Positions 1-8,226 of a stretch of 26,889 bases of DNA are shown here, piece after piece. Source of the stretch: Fibrobacteria bacterium. GTDB lineage: Bacteria; Fibrobacterota; Fibrobacteria; UBA11236. The stretch lies in the NCBI GenBank assembly GCA_050486505.1, contig JBJHDK010000032.1, forward strand, positions 1-26,889, written 5' to 3'. The notes under the pieces are model-generated. The model saw nothing but the letters and a program-made list of their open reading frames with translations, did not search any database and was not told the DNA's origin. How positions within the stretch are numbered: position 1 is the first letter of the stretch; each line of letters opens with the position of its first letter. Position numbers and translations under genes: made by a program.

Positions 1-298
1 ACAGGTCGAGAGCCTGGCGATCCCCGATGCGCAGGGGCTCGGGGTGCATGAGCTCGTCGACATAGGTGCGGTAGCCGCGGTCGGTCGGAAGCCTGCCGGA
101 GGAGGTGTGGGGCTGCGCGACGAATCCGCGCTCTTCGAGATCGGCGAGGGTGTTGCGAATGGTCGCACTGCTGGCGCGCAACACGGCGCTTTGGCTGAGC
201 ACCTTGGATGACACCGGCTCCGCGCGCACGATGTAATGGTCCACCAGGGCGGTGAGGACCTGGCGAGCGCGGGGGTTGAGGGAATCTTTGTGGGCCAT
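1..298 (-). CDS. hrcA: Heat-inducible transcription repressor HrcA (N-terminal part; runs off the window)
   Basis: Manual translation from ATG at 298: MAHKDSLNPRARQVLTALVDHYIVRAEPVSSKVLSQ...SSATIRNTLADLEERGFVAQPHTSSGRLPTDRGYRTYVD. This is the HrcA winged-helix signature (S-ATIRN, PHTS-GR-PT-GYR-YV). groESL and a CIRCE are nearby. Confidence 0.96.
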   Translation of the reverse strand, partial: MAHKDSLNPRARQVLTALVDHYIVRAEPVSSKVLSQSAVLRASSATIRNTLADLEERGFVAQPHTSSGRLPTDRGYRTYVDELMHPEPLRIGDRQALDL

Positions 299-309
299 GG
301 GTTTTTGGG

Positions 310-380
310 AATCCTCCCCCCTAGCCCCCCTCCACCTTGTCGCTGCGCGAAGGTGGAGGGGGGAAGGTCGAGGGTGTTTT
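310..380 (+). repeat. REP-like palindromic unit, left copy flanking the DUF559 gene
   Basis: Perfect 14-bp stem CCCCCCTCCACCTT (325-338) / AAGGTGGAGGGGGG (350-363). The unit is an inverted homologue of 729-787. Confidence 0.85.
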
Positions 381-725
381 GGGTGAGGTAATGACAGCAC
401 GAATCCTGTTCAGAAGTTCTTGCGGATTCGACTCCAGTTCTTCCGCTGTGATACGGACAAACCGGAGGCCATGCCGTTCGAGAATTGCCTGGCGTTTGGC
501 GTCGTATTCTTTCTGATGCTCGTGAATACCACCGTCGATCTCAACTGCAAGCTTGTGCTCGAAACAGTAGAAGTCGAGGATGAACCCGCGAAAGACGAAC
601 TGCCTTCTGAACTTGAGATTCATGAAGCTGCCGCGACGCAGCATGTTCCAAGCGATCTTCTCGGTGAAGGTTTCGCTGCGCCTCAACTCACGCGCAAAAA
701 GTGTCTTCGCGAAATTCTTCGGCAC
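321..725 (-). CDS. DUF559 family (Vsr-like PD-(D/E)XK) endonuclease-domain protein
   Basis: ARELRR-ET-TE--W--LR, KFRRQ, FILDFYC---KLAVEIDGGIH, YD-KR---L---GLRFVR motifs. The likely start is GTG at 725; the upstream extension in the 321..1049 ORF track is not DUF559-like. Confidence 0.88.
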   Translation of the reverse strand: MPKNFAKTLFARELRRSETFTEKIAWNMLRRGSFMNLKFRRQFVFRGFILDFYCFEHKLAVEIDGGIHEHQKEYDAKRQAILERHGLRFVRITAEELESNPQELLNRIRAVITSPKTPSTFPPPPSRSDKVEGG

Positions 726-728
726 GAT

Positions 729-787
729 AAAACCCTTTAGACCTTCCCCTCTCCAACTCCGTTGGAGAGGGGCAAGGGGTGAGGATT
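729..787 (-). repeat. REP-like palindromic unit, right copy flanking the DUF559 gene
   Basis: Perfect 12-bp stem CCCCTCTCCAAC (746-757) / GTTGGAGAGGGG (761-772). On the minus strand it reads AATCCTCACCCCTTGCCCCTCTCCA...TGGAGAGGGGAAGGTC, matching the left unit. Confidence 0.85.
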
Positions 788-949
788 TTTGCGCGCCCCG
801 CCGCGCACGTGAGAGCTGCCTGCGAAGTGATGTGTTCTTGAGGCCATGCGAAAAGCATACACCCGCGCGATGGATCCGGCAGGAAGGGGATGTGACGGGG
901 GTCACGGGCGACGGGAGGTTTTTTTGTTCGTCTTCAACGGCGCAGTCCG

Positions 950-1049
950 TGCGGACAAGGACATGATCGAAAGAGCCCTCAGCGACCTTGTAGGCGATAC
1001 GGTCGGGCGGGAAGCGGAAGGTACCGAGAAGGGCGATGGTGGGAGTCAT
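950..1049 (-). pseudogene. Possible internally deleted remnant of an ABM/quinol monooxygenase-family gene
   Basis: MTPTIALLGTFRFPPDR joined directly to IAYKVAEGSFDHVLVR resembles the first strand and the 'GCIAYDVAED-FD' segment of ABM proteins, with the intervening helix missing. Recognised from memory only. Confidence 0.35.
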
Positions 1050-1074
1050 GATAAGGTCCTACTGAAAAACCTCG

Positions 1075-2409
1075 TTACCGATTCTTCTTCCTTTGCTCAA
1101 CATCAACTCTATCTGCAACTTGATCAGGCACAAACATCCTTTGGGGGGTTACATCGAAAAAACTCAAGTGAAATGCAGTTATGGGGGTGTTAGGACGAAT
1201 AATCACCCATCGATCACTTAATTCATCGGAAGAAAAGTCGAGTGGAATGTTGACATCATTCGGGTCTTCATCTATGTGAAAGGATCCCCTGACAACTTCA
1301 TGCAACTTATATCCGTTCGCAAAAACTTCGATTCGATGCACCTTGCTAGCGAAAGACTTGTTCAAAAAAAGAACAAAGCTCGCATCATCTAGGTCGCGCA
1401 ATACAAGAGATGGCTCCAATCGAATAAAGGTGTCTTTCCCATACGAAAGCGGAAGGGATTTAATCTGAGATAGGCCAATGGAAGTGGTCGTGCTTATGCG
1501 CTTATATCCCGAAGGACCCTCAAGATCATCCCAACTAATCTGATCCTGCTTCTCTATAATCTTTTCCCATTGTGCACCACATATACCAGACTTGATGCCA
1601 GCGGGATGTGAAAAGTTTACTGGAGCTCCATCTCTCTGAAGCCTTTGTGGTCTATCTGAAAGACCGAACAAGAGTCCCCAAATTTTTTGTTTCGGCTCTT
1701 TAAGCAAAACTGAACAAAAAGACCGGAAATGACCTATATCATCACCAGAATACTCTTTATCCAACTCTAAAGAGACCGTAAGGTACTTAAGGGGGCCTTG
1801 GGCTTCTTGGAAAAAGAGCACCCTATCAAGAGTCATTTCGAGCTTACCAAAACCAGTGGAAACTATCGACTGAATATCATCACCCCAACGCGCAAAGAAA
1901 CTCGCCTGCTCCTCTTCCGAAAGGGAAATGTTTAGGTATTGGAATCGAATCGAAAATCCATGTGGGCTATCAAGTTCAACTCGCAAGCGCTCTCGATCGA
2001 ATATCTCGACGTGCTTTAAGCCACGACCCTTTGCAACTTTAATAAACGCATCTTTCTCTCCGATTGTAAAATTGATATTCGTAAAGAACACGAAGACTTC
2101 GGGAGGACTGCTTGCGGAAAGCGCGCTGTCTAAGTCTTCATAAAATTTTTTCGAGATTGCAGCTTTATGCTCCTTGGTGTCGCTGGCTTGATTCCTAAAA
2201 CCAACCGCACCAAATACGGACAGCTCTCCACGAAAAACTGCCTCGATATCGCGTCCGCCATCACGGCCACCACGAGGATGTCTTGGACGGACATCTGAGA
2301 ATCTTTTGTCGGTTGATAAAACAGCTAGACAAAGTCGCTCCCTATTCAGCTGATCTGTATCCAAATAGCTTTTGAGTTTTTCATCAGTTGCATAGGTTTT
2401 GTCGGACAC
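1075..2409 (-). CDS. Hypothetical protein with N-terminal restriction-endonuclease-like (Mrr-type) domain; low GC
   Basis: 444-aa ORF with GTG start and a GGAGG RBS. N-terminal motifs E-LC--VL, GGRDGGRDIEA, FVFFTN and EIFDRERLR are typical of Mrr/REase-like folds. Visibly AT-richer than its flanks. Confidence 0.65.
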   Translation of the reverse strand: MSDKTYATDEKLKSYLDTDQLNRERLCLAVLSTDKRFSDVRPRHPRGGRDGGRDIEAVFRGELSVFGAVGFRNQASDTKEHKAAISKKFYEDLDSALSASSPPEVFVFFTNINFTIGEKDAFIKVAKGRGLKHVEIFDRERLRVELDSPHGFSIRFQYLNISLSEEEQASFFARWGDDIQSIVSTGFGKLEMTLDRVLFFQEAQGPLKYLTVSLELDKEYSGDDIGHFRSFCSVLLKEPKQKIWGLLFGLSDRPQRLQRDGAPVNFSHPAGIKSGICGAQWEKIIEKQDQISWDDLEGPSGYKRISTTTSIGLSQIKSLPLSYGKDTFIRLEPSLVLRDLDDASFVLFLNKSFASKVHRIEVFANGYKLHEVVRGSFHIDEDPNDVNIPLDFSSDELSDRWVIIRPNTPITAFHLSFFDVTPQRMFVPDQVADRVDVEQRKKNR

Positions 2410-2445
2410 GCTTCCTCCATTACTGCTAAGACTAACTGATAAAAC

Positions 2446-2480
2446 AAAAAATCCCCCGACCCGTTTCCGGACCGAGGGAT
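2446..2480 (-). terminator. Rho-independent terminator of groESL
   Basis: Minus strand ATCCCTCGGTCCG-GAAA-CGGGTCGGGGGAT followed by TTTTT, about 30 nt after the groEL stop. Confidence 0.85.
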
Positions 2481-2512
2481 TCGATCGTCACGATGCAAAA
2501 CCCTCGCGGGTT

Positions 2513-4199
<1,687 letters not shown>

Positions 4200-4225
4200 G
4201 TGATTTTTTGTGTGGAATTCCTGAC

Positions 4226-4510
4226 TTAGATGATTGCGAGGATGTCGCTCTCGCGCATGATGAGCAAATCCTTGCCATCAACCTGCACCTCGGTGCCCGA
4301 GTACTTGCCGTACAGCACGACGTCGCCCTTCTTCACTTCCATCTTGATCAGGGTACCATTGTCAGACGCCTTGCCCGGGCCTGCGGCAATGATCTTGCCC
4401 TTCTGGGGCTTTTCCTTGGCATTATCGGGGATGTACAGACCGCCTGCGGTCTTCTCCGCGGCTTCAAGCGGCTCCACAACAACGCGGTCAGCGAGAGGTT
4501 TGATGCTCAT
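4226..4510 (-). CDS. groES: Co-chaperonin GroES
   Basis: [12 protein letters not shown]...[17 protein letters not shown]...KYSGTEV...RESDILA. An AAGGAG RBS precedes the ATG at 4510. Confidence 0.99.
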   Translation of the reverse strand: MSIKPLADRVVVEPLEAAEKTAGGLYIPDNAKEKPQKGKIIAAGPGKASDNGTLIKMEVKKGDVVLYGKYSGTEVQVDGKDLLIMRESDILAII

Positions 4511-4562
4511 GGCATTCTCCTTTTGAGGTTTATGGTTCTTTTTCACCCGGCGGCCCGTCGGA

Positions 4563-4589
4563 TTAGCAGATCGTTCGCCGGAGTGCTAA
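4563..4589 (-). promoter_or_regulatory. CIRCE operator (HrcA binding site)
   Basis: Minus strand TTAGCACTC-CGGCGAACG-ATCTGCTAA versus consensus TTAGCACTC-N9-GAGTGCTAA: one perfect arm and one 6/9 arm, upstream of groES. Confidence 0.9.
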
Positions 4590-4600
4590 AGGGCGGAGTC

Positions 4601-4629
4601 AATTTAAAAGCGAAAAAAGGCAAAGTCAA
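4601..4629 (-). promoter_or_regulatory. Putative sigma70-type promoter of groESL
   Basis: TTGACT (4629-4624) - 17 nt - TAAATT (4606-4601), placing the CIRCE just downstream of the predicted start site. Confidence 0.6.
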
Positions 4630-4805
4630 GGGTAAAGGCTCGTCGTGACAGACCGGAAACTTCCGTGTCCGTTTCGTTTTGAAGCAGTCTGGGTTGTTGG
4701 AGAAACCAGCCACAATGGATGGGGGGATCCCGGGAGGGCGTACCCAAGGGGGTGGGTTGTTCTCGAGAGGGCGGGGAAGCAGGGGGACCCCCTGCGAGGC
4801 GCGAC

Positions 4806-6122
4806 TTACTGAACGAGCGCGAAGCGCTGGGTGCGCACCGAAGTCCCCGCGCGCAGTTCCAGGATGTAGGAGCCGCGTTGGCCGTCGAAGCGGACCGTTT
4901 CGACGTGGCCGCCCGCGGAACGATGGCCCAGCATCGCCCGGGACACGACCTGGCCGCGCAGGTTGAGAATGCGATACGACACGGGCACCGCCTCGGGCAG
5001 GCCGTATTGCAACGACAGGGTCCCCGCTCCCGGGGTGACACGCAGGGAGACGCTCGAGGGAACCGCGGGCTCGGGCACCGTGCGCGCCGCTTCGCCGGTA
5101 CCCTCGAACCCGGGCTTCGAAAGCGAGCCCGGGCCGTCGACGCGCAGCGACACATAGCCGCCGGGTTCGACCTTGAAGCCCCCGTACATCGTGATGGTGC
5201 TCGTGGCGCGCAAGCTGGCTTCACCACCGGAGGCGATGGTGACGCCCGAGAGCGTGAAGATGGTTTCGCCCACGACATCGGCATACTCGTGCGCTTTCAC
5301 GGTCTTGTTCATGACCAGCGCATACTGCTGCGGCGTGCGGAACGACGCGACCGCATGCCGGCGCTCATTGTGCACCCGCGTGCAATTCGCCGTCTGGTGA
5401 TCGCCGCGCGGCGTGCCGAGATAGGTCAGGTTGGGGTTGGAGAACCAGCGTCGACGATCGTTCTGTAGGCTTGGAAGACCGCCGCTCATGACGTCTCCCC
5501 ACCACACCCCATCCTGCGTCATATAAATGTGCCCATGAGAATAGGGAAAAGGAGAGTAACCATGAGACAGTTCTTCGTTGTGCGCACAGCCAAAGACATG
5601 TCCCAACTCATGAGCCGCTGTATATGTCAACCGCACACGATCCCACCTAGCAAGAGCGAAAGCGTAATCACTCCCCACGGGCCCCGTGGACCCCTCAGGA
5701 ATAATGATTGTCCCGCTATGAGAGGAGCGGTTTGTGACCAGTAAAACAACGTCCGCTGCATAAAGGTCGCGCAATCCCGGAATATTGGAAAAAGCACCTT
5801 GGCCTGACCTGAGATTCGCAAGGTCATTTTCCATGACATTCGTCTCGGTATAATTCGCCTTCACGATTCCCGCCAGCTCCACCCGCGGCATCGCGAGCCC
5901 GCCTGCAGGGCTGTTCAGGTAAATCTCGTTCGTCAAATCAACCGCATACTCCGAGATGTAATCGGTCAGCGCGGTCGAGTGGTAGCCGGAGTAGGCAAGA
6001 ATCGCGGACTCCGCCGCGGGCGTGTAGACGACGAGAAGGCGGTAGGTGGCCGCATGCACATGAACCAGCGCGCCCAGCAACAGGGCGAACCCGAAGGTTT
6101 TAACGGAAACGAAGCGCTTCAT
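4806..6122 (-). CDS. Secreted reprolysin-like (M12B-type) zinc metalloprotease catalytic domain with a C-terminal sorting-like domain
   Basis: Signal peptide MKRFVSVKTFGFALLLGALVHVHA; LLVVYTPAA; RDLYAADVV; metzincin motif HELGHVFGCAH; Met-turn DVMS; FSNP. The tail (YRILNLRGQVV...GSYILEL) resembles T9SS/Fibrobacterota C-terminal domains. Confidence 0.88.
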   Translation of the reverse strand: MKRFVSVKTFGFALLLGALVHVHAATYRLLVVYTPAAESAILAYSGYHSTALTDYISEYAVDLTNEIYLNSPAGGLAMPRVELAGIVKANYTETNVMENDLANLRSGQGAFSNIPGLRDLYAADVVLLVTNRSSHSGTIIIPEGSTGPVGSDYAFALARWDRVRLTYTAAHELGHVFGCAHNEELSHGYSPFPYSHGHIYMTQDGVWWGDVMSGGLPSLQNDRRRWFSNPNLTYLGTPRGDHQTANCTRVHNERRHAVASFRTPQQYALVMNKTVKAHEYADVVGETIFTLSGVTIASGGEASLRATSTITMYGGFKVEPGGYVSLRVDGPGSLSKPGFEGTGEAARTVPEPAVPSSVSLRVTPGAGTLSLQYGLPEAVPVSYRILNLRGQVVSRAMLGHRSAGGHVETVRFDGQRGSYILELRAGTSVRTQRFALVQ

Positions 6123-6123
6123 C

Positions 6124-6654
6124 TTAGTGCCCGCCCACGGGAATGGGATTGCTCTCGGGCTCGAGCGTTTGTGCATCGAGCTCGGTGATCACGTGCGTGC
6201 GATCCGAGAGCGCGGCCGGGTCGATGGTATACACCTTGCCCCGCAGCGAAATGCGGCCACTGACGCTGCCATCGCGCCGCACGAAGAGGATCACGTCGCT
6301 CCCCGGGACACCCGCGACATGGCCGGTATGCAACTCCTTGGGGTAGCCCCGACCGCGCCCTTCGAGCGCGCGCTTGTTGCCGATGGCCGCGACGACCTGG
6401 ACGTCGGCGAAAAGGGTGAGAGTCACCGTGTCGGCCTCGAAGGCTTCGGGCTCGACGCCCAGCAAACCTTGCCGCACCACGCCGGGGCGATCCTTGGCGC
6501 GCTGCAAGGCCTCCGCGACACGGGAGTTCTCCGAGGCAACTGAAAGCGGGCGTTCCATGAAAGCATGGGGGCGGTTCCCTTGCGCGTGCAACGCGGAAGC
6601 CGCCGCAGCGACGCAAAGCATCAAGGCGATGCACGGCCTGGCGGAAGGCGCCAT
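6124..6654 (-). CDS. Secreted stand-alone protein resembling the N-terminal prodomain of bacterial reprolysin-like proteases
   Basis: Signal peptide ending ALHA/Q. TLTLFADV...TGHVAGVPGSDVIL...VSGRISLRGKVYTIDP...HVITELD matches the prodomain pattern that normally precedes M12B catalytic domains. Its stop is 1 nt from the protease ATG. Confidence 0.7.
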   Translation of the reverse strand: MAPSARPCIALMLCVAAAASALHAQGNRPHAFMERPLSVASENSRVAEALQRAKDRPGVVRQGLLGVEPEAFEADTVTLTLFADVQVVAAIGNKRALEGRGRGYPKELHTGHVAGVPGSDVILFVRRDGSVSGRISLRGKVYTIDPAALSDRTHVITELDAQTLEPESNPIPVGGH

Positions 6655-6655
6655 C

Positions 6656-7534
6656 TCAACGCTCCTGAAGCTGGGCCTTGAGCGCCTCGATCTGTTCCTG
6701 CTGCTCCTGGATGGCCTTGATGAGCACGGGAATGAGATTGATGTATTGCACGGCCTTGTATTCCGTCGCGGGTTGGGTGGGGTCAAGCTTCCCGCTCTCA
6801 TCCACGGCCGGGCGCGTCACCGTCTTCACCAGCTCGGGGAAGACCTCCTCCAGCTCCTGGGCCACCACACCGAAGCGGGGATGGGTCGCGGGGCTCTTGC
6901 CGCGCGCCGAAAAGGCCGGGGACATTTCATAGGTGCGCGGGCGCACGCGCATCACCCGGTCGAGCGACGATGCCATCGGCGCGATGTTGCGCTTGGCGCG
7001 CTCATCCGAAAAGGTGAGGTATTCGTGGGCGATGACCGAACCTTCGAAGTATCCCGCCCAGTTTTCGTACCCGTACCAGGCATTGCCATACACGCCGATG
7101 TTGTAAAACCCGCCGACGGCCTCGCCGATCACGCCGATGGCTTCATAGCCACCGTCGTCAGATCGGCCATAGACGCCGTAGGGTCCCTTGCCATGCACAC
7201 CGACGCCGGTTCCTTCGCCTTGCACGCCGGTGTTTCCCCGGCCATGGACACCGAAATACCCGGCACCAGCCACACCGGTATTAACGGCGGGCTGCGGAGC
7301 AGGGTACGCGGAAATCAGGCCCGAGAGCCCGACTGCACCGCCGACATTGTTCGAGGTCGCCATCACACCCAGGCGCTTGCCGGTCACCGTGACGGCGGGG
7401 TGTGCGCTGTTGGGGTTGCCGCCCGTGTAACGGATCTTCATGACGGTATCTGTAACAGCGGAGACGTCCACGCCTGGGACAGCGACAGCAGCATTTACGA
7501 AAGCCGCTATGGTAAAGAACAAGGCGTTACGCAT
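6656..7534 (-). CDS. Secreted Gly-rich protein with C-terminal peptidase S74 (intramolecular chaperone, autocleaving) domain
   Basis: Signal peptide MRNALFFTIAAFVNAAVA; GV-G repeats; WAGYFEG; SDERAKRNI; FGVVAQELEEVFPELV; YINLIPVLIKAIQEQQ coiled coil. Confidence 0.88.
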   Translation of the reverse strand: MRNALFFTIAAFVNAAVAVPGVDVSAVTDTVMKIRYTGGNPNSAHPAVTVTGKRLGVMATSNNVGGAVGLSGLISAYPAPQPAVNTGVAGAGYFGVHGRGNTGVQGEGTGVGVHGKGPYGVYGRSDDGGYEAIGVIGEAVGGFYNIGVYGNAWYGYENWAGYFEGSVIAHEYLTFSDERAKRNIAPMASSLDRVMRVRPRTYEMSPAFSARGKSPATHPRFGVVAQELEEVFPELVKTVTRPAVDESGKLDPTQPATEYKAVQYINLIPVLIKAIQEQQEQIEALKAQLQER

Positions 7535-7563
7535 ACACAACTCCCAGCTACAGCAAGTAAACC

Positions 7564-8226
7564 TTAGTGTTCGTCACTTGAAAAAAGTGGTCTCGTTTTC
7601 CAATCCATCAGCGCTGCCTCAATCTGAATGACTGCCGGAAACTCATTGTAGCCCTTGAAGTCAAGGATGTACTGCCGACTCCATCCATGGCTCGACCGCA
7701 TTTCCAGAGTCAGTTCACTTGGGCCCCAAGGAACGGTCGAAATAATAGCTGGTGTAACGCCATCGGTCTCGGCCAACATATCTGTACCGATGAAAACAAT
7801 GACTCCTGGTTCACTTTCAAGGAAAGTATCATCACCAAAAAGCAAAATTTCCGTAGTAACGGGAGGAAACATGGTCAGCCTTCGCGACAACTCACGGGCT
7901 TGAACATCACCCGCAAATGCCATCAGCCCGAACTTCTCCTCCGACGCAATCACATTGTACTGCTTCGAAGCATCGAGCCCGCGGAAGGTAAATCGGCCTG
8001 AATCGTCCGTAATCGCCACTTTTGGCGCCGGAGCGCCAGCGAGTGACGGGTCGTGGTCGACTTCGAACAGCTTGACGCGTGCACCCGCCGTCGGAGACCC
8101 GGAGGCGTAAACGACTTCGCCGCTCAACGACGGCGTGATCGTCTCCGTGTCGGAACCGCCGCCCAGCATGCAGCCCGAAAGCAGCAAGACCGCGGAGAGT
8201 CCCCCGAACAGGCGCGCCGGCTTCAT
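7564..8226 (-). CDS. Lipoprotein with carboxypeptidase-regulatory-like (transthyretin-like) domain
   Basis: Lipobox LSGC; GGSDTET linker; LSGEVV-ASG-P--GARVKL...TDDSGRFTF..YNV. Overlaps the TIGR02147 stop (ATGA). Confidence 0.78.
   Translation of the reverse strand: MKPARLFGGLSAVLLLSGCMLGGGSDTETITPSLSGEVVYASGSPTAGARVKLFEVDHDPSLAGAPAPKVAITDDSGRFTFRGLDASKQYNVIASEEKFGLMAFAGDVQARELSRRLTMFPPVTTEILLFGDDTFLESEPGVIVFIGTDMLAETDGVTPAIISTVPWGPSELTLEMRSSHGWSRQYILDFKGYNEFPAVIQIEAALMDWKTRPLFSSDEH

Noticed and set aside
301..791. TTTTTG on both sides of the DUF559 cassette as a target-site duplication
   Set aside because: Low complexity, offset by 2 nt on the left and overlapping the repeat end on the right; cannot be supported without an empty allele.
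795..830. Possible CIRCE upstream of hrcA (TTCGCAGGC...)
   Set aside because: The second arm does not match and there is no real inverted symmetry.
726..1049. N-terminal extension of the 242-aa ORF as part of the DUF559 protein
   Set aside because: It reads through the palindromic repeat and unrelated sequence; the family motifs start only after 725.
4700..4800. G-run-rich stretch with GCAGGGGGACCCCCTGC palindrome as ncRNA or terminator
   Set aside because: The hairpin lacks a U tract and no RNA family features are recognisable; possibly a weak terminator, but unsupported.
6656..7534. Prophage, suggested by the tail-fibre (S74) domain
   Set aside because: The protein has a signal peptide, and no integrase, capsid, terminase or other phage genes are present.
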